NCBI GenBank assembly: GCA_026025795.1
Contig: JAPEUG010000016.1
Location: 1-64,000 of the forward strand
Source: Thelocarpon superellum
Lineage: Eukaryota
DNA length: 64,000 nucleotides
Direction of reading: 5' to 3'
Below the pieces are notes generated by a model. That model made no database searches, had not been told where the DNA came from, and saw nothing but the letters and a program-made list of their open reading frames with translations. Both the position numbers and the translations under genes were made by a program. Position 1 is the stretch's first letter. Each line of letters begins with the position of its first letter. Of the stretch, positions 1 through 12,801 are shown one piece after another.

Positions 1-313
1 GCTCCGTCGTGATACTCTAGTTGAACACTCGAGCTCTGCTAGCTGCCTAACCCTAAGCCGTACTTCTTCTTGGCCTCGATGAGATTCGCTGTCCTCAGCG
101 CGACCGTGAGGTACGAGTTGGCTTGCTAAATCGTCCTCACTTGGTAGTTTCACTCGTCAGCTATGTTTTGGAGGGCCGTGCGAAGCTTCTTTACCGATAG
201 CTTCTACTACCTTCTGCTCCGGTTCTTCCGAGTGAGCCCGTCAGGTTAAGGCAATTCATTTCTCGTGCTTGTCGAGGAGGAAGGGGATGGCAATGTGTTA
301 GTAATACTACCAC

Positions 314-404
314 TGTAGGAATCAGAGCTGAATTGCTAATCCACGCGTAGTCTGGGATGGTAATAGGAGCGCGCACGTGACCAGATCACGTGCGCGCTCC
401 TACA
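314..404. mobile_element. ~90 bp solo-LTR/MITE-like element, copy A
   Basis: Ends TGTAGGA...TCCTACA (7-bp inverted termini). CCAC lies directly on both flanks (310-313, 405-408). Internal perfect 17-bp inverted repeat 364-380/386-402. Homologous to 22680-22769. Confidence 0.7.
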
Positions 405-1005
405 CCACTAACATACCAGTGAGTACTACTGTAGTAGCCACTGTAGTACAGTGGTGGTGATGGAGTGATAAGTACTTCGTACGGACGAAACGACGTGACG
501 GACTTGCTGCTGACAGAAATCCTATCGAGAACAGGGTACGATACCGGGACATCGCTACCCGGGGGCAGTATCAACGGGCGCATACTAGGCCAAGTACGGC
601 CTGACGTCCATCCATGCCTCTCGACAAGAGATTGTAACATAGTTCAAACTCAAGCCCCAGCTTATCGGGGAACATCGCCGCAAAGATGCACCACGACTCC
701 GTGTCACCCTCCGTAGACGCCCAACGGCCACCGTACGTATCGACCATTGGCGCACGTCGACCGCGCTGCAGCTGTTTGGAGTAGGCAGCGTCGCCGAGGT
801 CAGATGCCCGGCATCAAGACCAGGATGTGATGGTTCAGACGGTGACATCGCCACGACGACACCACTTTGACCTACGTGCGCACATGGCGACCTATACACA
901 CCCAGCTCTGATCTCCCCGGCCCACGACTGACACGGTCCGGGCCTTAACAGAGCCGATGCAGCTCCCTCGATCCCTACGGAGGCCAGAGCATTCACGCCG
1001 CCAAC

Positions 1006-4000
1006 ATGGGTCAAGGCTACTCGCTGACCACTCTCTCCGCCGGCTCGGCCGGCATCGATGCCCCCGAGCTGGCCGATCTCACCTACGAAAAGTCCATGGG
1101 TGCTGCCCGCTTCATGAAGTCCATCCGCGCCCGTCATCGCGATGGCCTGGTCTTCGTCAAAGTCGTCATGAAGCCCTACGCCAGCATGAAGCTCGACGCC
1201 TACGCCCGGCAGATCCTCGGTACGTCGGGCGCCCCCACAACGATCTAGGCGTGACTTGAAGCTAATGCCCCGCCCAGCGGAGCGTAAGGCGCTGGAGGAG
1301 GTCCCCAACGCCCTGGGCTATCAGCGCATCCTCGAGACAAGCACCAGTGGATACCTGGCACGGCAGTACCTCTATAGCTCGCTCTATGACCGGCTGAGGT
1401 AAGCTCGCCCATCGCAGCGAAGGGGACATGACTGAAAGATTTAGCACGCGACCATTCCTGGAGGACATTGAGAAGAAATGGCTGTCATTTCAGCTGCTCT
1501 GCGCCTTGCGCGACTGTCACAGCCGCAACGTCTACCACGGCGACATCAAGACGGAGAACACGCTGGTGACTTCGTGGAACTGGCTCTACCTGACCGATTT
1601 CTCCTCTTCCTTCAAACCCACCTTCCTGCCCGAGGACAACCCGGCGGATTTCTCCTATTACTTCGACACCTCCGGCCGACGCACCTGCTACCTCGCCCCT
1701 GAGCGTTTCCTGGCGGCGGGCGAGCAGGCGGATCCGGCACGAAAGGTCACCTGGGCCATGGACATCTTCAGCGCCGGCTGTGTCATCGCCGAACTCTTCC
1801 TCGAGTCGCCCATCTTCTCGCTGAGCCAGTTGTATAAGTATCGCAAGGGCGAGTATGACCTCGAGCATGCCAACATCAGCAAGATTGACGACCCCGATAT
1901 TCGGGAGCTGGTCCTACACATGATCCAGGTCGAGCCGGAGTCGCGCTATTCGGCTGATGAGTACCTGAACTTTTGGCGCCGCAAGGTCTTTCCCGAGTAT
2001 TTCTTCAGCTTCCTGCACCAGTACATGGGTCTCATCACCGACCCGTCGTCCGGGCGCGCTCCGGTTACCTCAGGCAGCACTAATCTCGGCGAAACGGACG
2101 ACCGGATCAACCGGTTGTACTACGACTTTGACAAGATTGCCTACTTCCTAGGCTACGACGACCAAATCTCCGAAGAGCGACCCGTCCCCGCCCCCGACGT
2201 CGGCGATGGCCATCGGGTGATCCCCGTGCAGGTCGACATCCCGAACCACCGTCACCAGGTCGTGGCACGGCCGCGTCCAGCCACGGACGACGGTACGCTC
2301 ATCTTCCTGACGCTTGTCGTCTCGTCGTTGCGGAGCACCGCACGCGCTACGGCGCGACTGCGGGCCTGCGACTTGCTGCTCGCGTTTGCCGAGCGCCTCA
2401 CGGATGAGGCCAAGTTGGATCGGGTTTTGCCGTACGTCGTGGCGCTGCTCAACGATCGGGCGGATGTGGTCAAGATGGCGGCCATACGTACCTTGACGCA
2501 GCTCGTGGCGCTCGTGTCAGTGGTGTCGCCGGTCAACGCCTACGTCTTTCCGGAATACATCTTTCCCCGCATGCAACAGTTCATTCCCAGTCCCACGGCC
2601 AGGCCGTCGCCGGTGGTGCAGGCGACGTATGCGGCATGTCTCGCCAGCTTGGCCCACACCGCCGCGCGCTTCCTCGACATGATGCAGGCCTTGCGCGCCG
2701 ACGGCTCACTGCCGACGGCCGATCCCGAGGCCGAGGACGGGCTGGCGACGGCGACGGCGTATCAGACGCTGTTCGACGTAGCGCGGCACGATCTGGTGGA
2801 GTACTTCGAGGCCCACACCAAGGCGCTCCTGACCGACAGCGATGCCTCGGTACGGCGCGCCTTTCTCGGCTCCGTCTCGAGCCTGTGCGTCTTCTTCGGC
2901 AGCGCCAAGGCCAATGATGTGATCCTCAGCCACCTCAACACCTATCTCAACGACAAGGACTGGATGCTCCGCTGCGCTTTCTTCGAGACCATCGTGGGCG
3001 TGGCGGCTTTTGTCGGTAGCATTAGCCTAGAGGAGTACATCCTCCCGCTCATGCTGCAGGCCTTGACCGACCCGGAGGAATTCGTGGTGGAAAAGGTGAT
3101 TCGATCGCTGGCCAGCATGGCAGAATTAGGCCTTTTTCAGCGCCTGACGCTCTGGGAGCTGCTCGACGTCGTCGCCCGCTTCACCATGCACCCCAACATC
3201 TGGATCCGCGAGGCGGCGGCGTCATTCATCGCCGCCGCCACCGGCTATCTCTCGCCAGCGGACCAGCGAAGCGTCATGGCGCCGCTGCTCCAGCCGTACC
3301 TGAAGACCTGTCTCCGCACGTACTCGGAAGCTCAACTGCTTGACACGCTGAAGAAGCCCTTGTCGCGGCCGGTCTTTGATCTGGCGGTTTCGTGGGTGGC
3401 CAAGGTCGATCGTGGCATCTTTTGGCGACCGCCAACACGACCACGGGGATACTCGACGGGAGCGCCGCAGGACTCGCTGGCGCTGCACGCGGTGCCCAAG
3501 GCCAGCGACCATGCCATCGGCAAGGTGGCACGGAATGACGAAGACGAGCAATGGCTGACGCGGCTGCGGAACATTGGCATGGCGGCGGGAGATGAGTGGA
3601 AGCTCCTGGCCTTGCGCGAGCACATCCGACGCATGGCCCCGATGAAGCCTGACGAGGGCCCTGGCGGAAAGGCGTCGGACTTGAATCGGGTCCTCACGCT
3701 GAAGGAACTCGACATTACGCCGCAGACGATCTTCTTTGATGACACGCAACCCGTCGTGGCGGCGGCGGCGGCGGCGGCGACGGCAGAGGCCGGCGCGGAC
3801 ACGGTGCCCCACACCATTACCGACGCGCTCCTGGACGCGTCCATGACGATCGATGACCCACTTCAGCGACGGAAGCGCTCGTACGTCAACAGTCGGAGGG
3901 CGCGCGAAGCGGCGCAGTCATCTAAGACGACCATCTCCGCGGACGTGGCGGGGTCGGCCCGCCGAACCTCGGTCTCACCGTCGCCGTCGCCGTCGCCGTC

Positions 4001-5825
4001 GACCGCCTCGCCCCGGGAGGGCTCGTCGCAGCGCCGGGCATCGCCGGCGACGATCCAGCCTAACGGAAGGATGGCAGACGATGTCTCGACGGCGACGGAA
4101 TCGGCCAGCGAGGCTCCGGCCAGTATCGCGTCCGGGGGTGTGCGACACAAGGCCAGCGCGGTGCAGTTGATGAACAAACGCGACGCGTCGAAATCCTTTG
4201 CAGCCACGGGCACGACCAGCGCCAACGCGTTTGGCGAGGTCGAAGGCCCGTTCCTGAAAGACGCCGCGGCGCGGACGCCTGCAGTGCGGGCGGACGGAGG
4301 TGACGCGACGCCGGCGCCGGTGCGGTTTCGGGCGGCACATTCGTACGAGGGACATGACCCGAGCGTGCTCCGCCTGTTGGACGCGCTGTATCTCGAGAAC
4401 CATCCCAGCGACGCGATCGAGTTTGGGCCCATGGTGGCGCCCGTCAGCCGGCGGTCACGGATCAAGCGCCGGTCGGGCCAGGTGTCGGAGGCGCCATGGC
4501 GTCCGGAGGGCACGCTGGTGGCCATGTTTGGCGAGCACACAGGACCGATCAACCGGGTCGTCGTCGCTCCTGACCACGCCTTCTTCATCACGGGATCGGA
4601 CGACGGCACGGTCAAGGTGTGGGATGCCAGCCGGCTAGAGCGGAACGTGGCGCATCGATCGCGGCAGACACACCGACATGCGGCCGGGGCGCGGGTCAAG
4701 TCGCTCTGTTTCGTGGAGAACACGCATTGCTTCGTCAGCGCCGGGACGGACGGCAGTGTACACGTGGTCAAGGTGGCGTACGCGCAGGACAGCGGCAGCA
4801 CGCGGTATGGCAAGCTTCGGCTGCTGAAGCAGCATCAGCTGTACGGAGGCGAGTACGCTATCTGGATGGAGCATTTCAAGTCGGAGCACCACTCCATCCT
4901 GCTGATGGCGACGAACCGGTCGCGGGTGGTGGCGCTCCACCTACGCAGCATGAACGTGCTGTACGCCTTGGAGAATCCGCTCCACCACGGCACGCCGACC
5001 TGCTTCTGCGTGGACAAGAAGCACACGTGGCTCGTGCTGGGGACGACGCACGGGGTGCTGGACCTGTGGGACCTCCGCTTCCTGGTGCGGGTCAAGGCCT
5101 GGGGCTTGCACGGCGCGACGCCGGTCCACCAGCTCTCGATCCACCCATTGAAGGGGCGCGGCAAGTGGGTGTGCGTGGCGGGCGGCACGGGCCAAGGAGA
5201 GGTGACGGTGTGGGACGTGGAGAAGACGCAATGCCGGGAGGTGTACCGGGTGGGAGGCGGTAAAGAGACGTCACGGCGCTACGAGGCGTGGCGGGTGGAC
5301 GAGGAACGGGCGGAGGGGATGCTGGGGCGATTTGCCACGGCGTTGGAGCCGACAAGCATGGGGACGCTGGATCGGGGGATGCGGGCGTTCGTGGTGGGGC
5401 TGGACGTGTTGGACGACGGGCGCGACTCACGCTACGGATTCATGATCACGGGCGGCTCGGACCGGAAGGTGCGATGCTGGGATCTGGCCAAGATGGAGTC
5501 CTCGACCATCGTGACGGGCTTGGATCTGGACGAAGCCAAGCCGACGTTTACTTCCGCCCATCCCACTCCGTCCATGACGGTCAACACGGAGCATGTGCCT
5601 CAGCCGGGACCCTCGGCGCCCAATGCAGGCGCGGGGGGGAAGGCGGGGGGTGCGTCGGCCAAGCGCGGCGGCGGACGACCACCACGGTCTACGGTCATCT
5701 CGTTGCAACAGCAACAACTTCTCAAGTCGCATCTGGACTCGATTCAGGACGTGGCTTTGCTGGAGATTCCGTACGGCATGACCATCTCGGTGGATCGGTC
5801 TGGCGTGATCTATGTATTTCAGTAG
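1006..5825 (+). CDS. VPS15: Vps15 PI3K regulatory Ser/Thr (pseudo)kinase with HEAT and WD40 repeats
   Basis: Exons 1006-1219, 1278-1398, 1445-5825 join in frame via GT-AG introns. N-terminus MGQGYS (myristoylation Gly2), HGDIKTEN, YFDTSGRRTCYLAPERF, C-terminal WD40s. Confidence 0.97.
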
Positions 5826-5982
5826 TGCGGCAGCACCGTAGTGCAGTCGTGGAGAGATTCTGCCACGCGATGAGACAGTACGAAGAGATGAATGACGGGG
5901 GATGAGATGGTCAAGTGCCTCCCCACCAAATCTGCACTCAGCGCGTCTACACCACGCCGCAGACGAGACCAGCGCGAAGCGA

Positions 5983-6017
5983 GGCCGCTACGGCCGCCAC
6001 GGCCGCCACGGCCGCCA
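5983..6017 (+). repeat. 9-bp tandem repeat (GGCCGCCAC) x~4 upstream of LEA1
   Basis: ggccgctac ggccgccac ggccgccac ggccgcca read directly. Confidence 0.85.
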
Positions 6018-6196
6018 AAGACCGAAGAAAAGTGCCGGCCGTGACGGCGAGTGCCAGGCGATGAAGATCAACAGCCTCACCAATCAACCTACCCCCGATG
6101 CAGCGATAACCGCGAGTCCGCGAGTCCTCCTCGTTCTTTCCACCCTCTCACCCTCTTACCCTTCTACCACTCCCCCACCCCGTTGCATCGTCCACG

Positions 6197-7446
6197 ATGC
6201 GTCTCACAGCCGATCTGATCCACTCCTCACTCTCCTACCTCAATCCACTCAAAGAGCGCGAGCTCGACCTCAGAGGTGCGTCCAGGGGACAGGGATCCTG
6301 GTTCCCTTCCGTACACATCATGTCCCACGACCACCTCGTGTACCCATATATCCATCCCCACCTCCCTCTCCCTCCCCTGAAAAGAACAGTATACTACACT
6401 TTGATTTCATCCAAATGAAAAGGCATGAGAAGCTCAACTCTGGTGCGTGTCTTGTGCGGATTCTAGGCCACAAGATTCCCGCGATTGAGAATCTCGGCGT
6501 GGCGGGGGTGAGTGTGACTGTCCTCTCAAATCCCACAACCTCCCATCCCGTCCCCTCATTCATGTTGACCCGGAGATGGATGGGTAGGACCAAGATGCCA
6601 TCGACCTGACCGACAACGACATCACCATCCTGACGAATTTCCCGCTATCGCCACGACTGCACATGTTGCTACTGGCGCGGAATCGCGTCGCCCACGTCGC
6701 GCCTAGCTTACCTACGGCGCTTCCCAATCTCACGACCTTGGTGCTCACCGCCAATCACGTCGCGGAATTGGGCGACTTGGATCCACTGGCCGGATTTCCC
6801 AAGTTGACGCATCTGATCCTGTTGGAGAATCCAGTCACGAGAAGAGAGGTGGACGTTCCCGTCATTCCGAATTCTCCATCTACAAAACTGACGGCAGGGT
6901 GTAGCACTACCGACACTACCTCATCTGGAAATGTCCTCGTCTTCGATTCCTCGACTACCAAAAAGTGCGCGACGTCGAGCGGAGTAGAGCCGTGGAGTTA
7001 TTCGGCACGGTGGCTGAACCTACAGAGTTGGTGTCAAAGGTAGGCCGTCCATCTCTGCTTGCACGTCGTTTACTCTACAACGTGACGCGAGAAAGCAAGG
7101 AGGACAGGACTGACGAATCAAGCAGATAGCAGCGAAACGGACACGCCTCCCATCGACACTATCCGCCTCCACCTCTACCACGTCCTCTACCCTCCCCACG
7201 TCATCATCGACTGGAGCAGGGGGTGTATTGAATGGAGGAGGGAAGAACTACAGGGTACAGTTAACGACGGAAGAGCGCGCACGAGTCGAGGAAATGATCC
7301 GCAACGCCAAGAGTCTGCAGGAGATAGCAAGGCTGGAGCGGGATTTGAACGAGGGAAGAGTTCCGGGGGGAATTTCAGGCGGGGAGAAGGAAAGGGGGAA
7401 GGGAAAGAAGAAGCGGAGGGGAGAAGAGGACGCTATGGAGGAGTGA
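6197..7446 (+). CDS. LEA1: U2 snRNP A' (leucine-rich repeat protein)
   Basis: MRLTADLI...LNPLKERELDLRG/HKIPAIENLG, IDLTDNDI, LLENPV, C-terminal IRNAKSLQEIARLERDLNEGRVP. Four introns; the first is 6276-6466. Confidence 0.95.
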
Positions 7447-7600
7447 GAGAGAAATTGCACTGTTGCTCGTGCCGTGCCTTCTCTTGCCTCCTCTTGCAAA
7501 TCATATCCATTGGGTACATGTCGTGTACTACCATGCATGCGTGATCGATCAAAAGGACCATCCCTTTCTTGATTCGCTGGTTCGGTCCTCTCTCTGTTTA

Positions 7601-7663
7601 CCTGCCTGCCTGCCTGCCTGCCGGCCTGCCGGCCTGCCTGCCTGCCGGCCGGCCGCCCTGCCT
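7601..7663. repeat. Imperfect (CCTG/CCGG)n microsatellite between the convergent LEA1 and PAT1 3' ends
   Basis: cctgcctgcctgcctgcctgccggcctgccggcctgcctgcctgccgg... Confidence 0.9.
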
Positions 7664-7722
7664 AACTACCGATCAACGCTCCCACCCCTGCTCCCCGGTC
7701 CCAGTGGAACCGTCAGCTCAGC

Positions 7723-10533
7723 TCAGCCCAACAATTCAACATCGAGTCCAATAGCACGCATGAACAGATTAACGTTTCCAAGACGCGCCGTCGACATCTC
7801 AGCGGGGAGCGTCTTGCTTTGATTCACCGTCTCCATGACTCGATCCCTTCATGGTCGTCATTAGCCATGATGTTCTTACAGAGGGAGTACCAGAGCGAGG
7901 AGGGGAACTCACTTCACGGCCATCACTAGGCGCTGTTGCTGCTCAGGTCCCGCACATAGGCCCATGGCGGCGAGGAACTGCCACACGTACATGTCCTCCC
8001 CCGAGTTGATCGATCCAGGGAAGATCAGGCCTAGGATGGGCTCGAGCGAGTCGAACAGTCGGTCATATAGACGTGCCCTGTCATCGCACCATGGATGTGA
8101 GTAGGAGCAAATAGAAATATCCGGAGGGTCGGGTGGCAACCCACCATTGCTGCCATTCCGCCTCATCGACTCCGCCCCCCTGCTTCATCAACGCCGCCCG
8201 GCTGAGGAACATGGTCAAGATCGACAGTCCGATCTTGCTGCGTGCCACCACGTGCACGTCTGTGCTGTCCAAGAGGATGCTCAGCAGACCCACCACGATG
8301 TTCAGCGGCGCTTCGTTGACGTAGCCAAAGAGGCTGGGCATCACTGCCTGTGAGAACAATTCCACTTCTTCCCGCACGGCCGACGGCACTTGGTATTCCC
8401 CGGCCGGGAGCTGCGCGAGACGGACCACGTCAAGGAGGCCGAGATGCACCACGATCATCGTGAGAATCGTCACGCGTTGCTTCGAGTCGATGTGCCGGAA
8501 GATGCGTGGGATGGCCTTCTTTCCCTTGGCAAAGGACAGAATGGCGATAAACGGGTGCGGCACGGGAGAGCTAATCTCGTCAATCCGGTCCCATCGGCAC
8601 ATGCAGCTCCAACTCACTTGGGAATGATGGGTTCCGTCACTTTCAGATTCGTCCACAGCTGCTCGTTGAGTTCCTGCATCTTCTGACGCCATTCGAAATG
8701 CACCTGCACCATTGCCGGATCGCTGTCCTCCATGGGCATGGGCGGGAGATGACGCTCGTGGTTCTCCATCTGCATCAATACCGAGTACACGTTCTCGATG
8801 TTGCGAAGCGTGTTCTTGCGCTCGCTCTTTCCCACCCCCGCCTGCGGTACCGTCCGCGATCGGCCGGCCCCCTCCTTGCTGGCCCCGCGATTGATGTTGA
8901 GCAGCGGCTTGGGTGTTTTAGCATTGCTAAAGGAGATCTTGCCCAGGCTGCCTTCGATGACAAGTTGCTTGTTCTTCGGCTTCAACTTGGCCGCCTCCAC
9001 CGCTCGCTGCACCTGTTGCTCCATCCGTTGGAGGTGATTGTCCCCCGTCCGGTTCAGTCGCCGGTTAGCAGCCCCGCCCTGGCGACCACCCGTCTGGAAG
9101 AGGTAGGTCTGCGCGAAGTGATTGAGCGGCTGATGAGGATGCTGTCGCGGTCCCCCTTGAATCTGACGGTGGACCTGGTAGTAAAAGTCCTCGGCTAGTG
9201 CCGCGTCCGTGCCGGCCTGCGCCGGATCACCCGTTGCCGTCACCAGCTGCTGCAGTTGGATGCGCGTGATGAAGTTCTTGTCTTGCGGCGTCATCAGTCC
9301 GTTGTCCTTGGAGAGCAGGTAGATCTTGTGGTTGCGCTTGGCACGCTTGGCATCTTCCGCCAGGAACGCGGCCCGCTCTTCCTCCGACAGATGCAGCGTC
9401 TGCGGCGCATGACCCATTGGTCCTTGCTGCGGGCCATGCCCCATCGACGGCGGCCGTCCTGTCTGCGGCGCAAGCTCGTGCGGGCCCGACCCCGACGGAC
9501 GAGTCCGATGCCCCTGTCGATTGGGGTTTTGCAGGATTTGACGTGGTTGTGGGGCCGCTGCCGCCGCCAACCGTGCGTCAGTCGGAGCCGATCCGGATGG
9601 CGGTCGCTGCAAGGTCTGTGGTAGATGCTGCGGGTGGATGCTGGGGAGCTCCGCACGCGGAGCCGGTCCTCCAATCGTTGCAGGCGGCGCATATGACGAA
9701 GGGCCGCTGATTGTGGAAGGTGGCATGCCGTGGGGCCGTTGTAGGATCTGAGGATGATACGGCGGTGCCTCCGTCGGGGGAGCTTGTGCTTGCGGGGGAG
9801 CAAGATGCGTCTCTCGGAGCAGCTCCTGCGTGGAGGACCGCTTTTTGCTCTGCGCGCGCATCGCTGCTTCGACCTCTTCGAGGCTCATCATCTTTCGTGA
9901 GGGAGCCGGGGCAGGAGGGGGAGTCATGGCAGCGCTTGGCTGGTACGGCTGGGATGCCGCTCCTGCCTCGACCGGTTTCTTTGATGGCACGCCCCAGAGA
10001 CTGGCGTTGGCCTGTAGGTCGGGAATATAACCGGGCTCCTTGTATTTCTCATACCCAGTGCGCGCCGGCTTGGAGGTCGACTTCGGAGGGCTAGCGGCGG
10101 CAACGAGATGGGACTTGGTGGGCACTTGCTGCCGCGCGAAGCGCAAATGTTCCTCATTCAGTGCATCTGACACTTGCGCCGTCTGGCCGAAGAAGTCAAA
10201 GTCCTTGCCCACAGCTTTCTTTCCGCTCGATTCCCCGCCCGGGCCCGCGCCCGTGCCGCCAAAGGTCTCGTCGTTGAAGGTGTCATCGGTCTCGTCGAGT
10301 TGGTCACCCAGGCCGTCGTAAGTTTCCTCAAAGTCCAAGCTATGCACCCGTCAGATGTGACAGTCACCACAGACTTGTAAGCGACCAACTCACGCATCAT
10401 CGTCATCCTCCTCCTCTTGTTCTCCGGGTCGCCCTAGGCTGGCGAATGGGTCGGCCGGCTGTGCAAACCCTGGAGCATTGACTGGATGGCCTTGATCCCG
10501 TGGAAGGTTCGTGTTGAAACCAAAGAACGACAT
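7723..10533 (-). CDS. PAT1: mRNA decapping activator / topoisomerase II-associated protein Pat1
   Basis: Starts MSFFGFNTNLPRD (ATG at 10533). Motifs NDETFG, MMSLEEVEAAM, GLMTPQDKNFITRIQLQQL, EDFYYQV, EGSLGKIS; ends NLFMRAIGLDVELLG*. Multi-exon. Confidence 0.95.
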
Positions 10534-11400
10534 GATGCCAGAGGTACGAGACGATGGTGGCGGTCAGTGCCAATCTTCACGGGGTCTCGGCAGGCAAGAT
10601 AAGTCGGGGTCCAAGTGGGGTTGAAAGGTCCAAGATCATTTCGATCTCAAATCAAGATTTTGTGGGAGGAGGCGGTGGGTCACGAGATCTTTTGAAAGGA
10701 CAAGCGAAGAGAAATGGACATTAGAATGCCTCGAAAGAATGTCCAAAGTGGAAGCATTAGCCACAAGGAAGTATCCCGGTGTTGAGCAGCGATACTGATC
10801 GTTCCTACGTCCAGCGTAAATTCGATCGCCGTGCACTAATCCTGGCGACGGCTGATTGGTCGCCTGAAGGGCGATGACATAATCGATCATGTCAACACCA
10901 GGAGCACCTCTCACATCGAGCACAACCTCAGGGATCGACCCACTCATTTGACCGGGCACTTCTCCGAGAAAATGGCACAACGGCTGAGCTCATGCTCGTT
11001 CGCTCGCTCGTGGCGCTCGTGGCGCTCTCCGCCCGAATATATCGCAGGGGCGTCGAGGTCCAAAGAGCTGACATCGCTCGAATGATGCCGGGCGGCGGCG
11101 TGGGCTAGTAGTGGTTGGCCCCCAATTCTCGTGCTTTGCCAATCCTTCCATCCCCCGTCCATCATTGGTTGACCGTGGATCGATGTATTCCTGAAACGGC
11201 AACATCAGCTCTGACGTAAGTTGGCCATCCTCGGGCGAATTCATCCTCCGACCAGTGCCTCATCCGAACTGGTACTTCGGCGCGGTCGTTGGCTTTATCG
11301 TGTTACTGGCATAAGATGGTGCGCTGCCCCACGTGCATGATGCATCAAAGGTGGTGTCCATCCTTTCCTCACCATCTGCATTCTGTCTATTCTCTCCATC

Positions 11401-12654
11401 ATGGCTACTGCACCCACCGCCACTTCGATCGAAGCGGAAAATGACGTTGCCATGCGTGGCAATGGTCTCTATCATGCCAATTCCGGTTTACAACATGTCG
11501 CCATGGAGGAAACAATGCGCTTCATCCAAGGGCTGGCTCTCGGCGAGTCTGACGTATGAAGACGTTCAATGGCTGAGATGTCGGCCCAGCGGCCCTGCTG
11601 CAAAAGGGTGAACCACACACCCTCACCGTAGTCGACTACCGGGCCTCGCAAGGAGGAAACTCGTAAGACTCCTTGCCCCGATCGGTCGGACACAGATCAC
11701 CGATGTCCCATGGCCAGTATCATACCCTTCGCACGAGTCCTCTCGTCGGTCCCGGCCCAATCCAAAGCGGTCCTCATCTTCAACGACAAAGCCAGCGACG
11801 ACTTCAACATCACCTCAGCCACGATCACGCAGAACTGGGAAACCTTGACACGCAACGGGGAAATCGAGATCTTTCCCATCATGTCGCCTCTGAGTTTCTA
11901 CCGGCAGGTTTTGCCGGACGCCTCCGTCGACGTGGCATTCTGTCTCTCCAGCCTGACGCACCTAGAGCGCGGCACCCCCGCGGCGCCCAGGTCCACATCG
12001 CAGAAACCAGAAGAGGTGGGTCCGGCCCAGCGCGCCGTCCTTGCGAGCATGGCACGGAGCGACCTGCTGAAGTTCCTGACGCACCGCGCGCGCGAGATAC
12101 GCCCGGGCGGACTCTTGGTTACATGCCTCGGAAGCACCCCCGCCTCAGGCGGATCAGGCATGCCGGGGCTCATTGGCGCCATGATCGCCGGCCTCACCGC
12201 CCTAGTCATGGCCGGCCGCGTGTCACCCGCCGTTGCAGGGAGCTTGAAACCGCCCAGCTACGAGCGCACCATGCTGGAGATCCAGGAAGCGCTGGAGGTG
12301 GTCAAGGACGAGTGGACTGTCAATGCGTGCGACGAGAAGCTGATCCAGCACCCGGCATACCACGCGCTGGAAGCCGCCAAGGCAAAACCCGACGTTAGGC
12401 CAGAGCAAGAAGAGGCGCTCAGCCGGGCCTACGCATCGGCGGTAGTGGAGTGGATCGTGGCGGCCACGGCGGGTTATGTGATCAAAGCGCTGCGGGGCGG
12501 TCAGACGCTAGGTTGGGCCAGGTTTGAGGAGAGCGCCGACGAAGCGGCGTTGCTTGCGGAATTCGTGCAAAAGACCAAGGAGGCATTTCTACGTGAAAGT
12601 CGCGATTCGCCCGTCGGCGTTTATCATGTCTTTCTCAAGCTCACGAGGAAGTAA
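11401..12654 (+). CDS. SABATH-family (SAM-dependent carboxyl) methyltransferase-like protein
   Basis: Exons 11401-11542, 11590-11662, 11718-12654. Motifs MRGNGLYHANSGLQ, VVDYRASQGGNS, FNDKASDDFN, SFYRQVLPDASVD, FLTHRAREIRPGG match the Methyltransf_7 pattern. Confidence 0.85.
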
Positions 12655-12801
12655 ACCCATATATTGTGCCATTGATCATTTGAGACGTAGATCAATCATG
12701 AACGGCGTTCGGTTTGTAGATTGCTTTGGTTCCCATCACCCTTCATCAGCCCCGGGTGGAGAAGCCTTGGCCATCTGCACCGATGACCCTGACTTCAACC
12801 C

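Noticed and set aside
48..534. Telomerase-RNA-like hints: TAACCCTAA (48-56) and an ATAAGT...GCTGAC...CAG intron-like unit (468-534)
   Set aside because: A 9-mer is expected about 0.5 times per window by chance. The spacing is far shorter than known Pezizomycotina TERs, I see no pseudoknot or three-way junction, and a mobile element sits in between. ATAAGT could be a mutated GTAAGT. A covariance-model search would settle it.
3863..4813. 316-aa antisense ORF in VPS15 and many similar shadow ORFs across the window
   Set aside because: Expected by-product of GC-rich codon usage opposite real genes; no recognisable domains.
6276..6466. Long first intron of LEA1 as a stwintron or snoRNA host
   Set aside because: The internal acceptor-like AACAG would create a poor GTATAC donor and a frameshift. 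No C/D or H/ACA boxes are evident.
5902..6609. 235-aa ORF overlapping the LEA1 5' region
   Set aside because: It reads through promoter repeats and introns; only its last part coincides with a true LEA1 exon.
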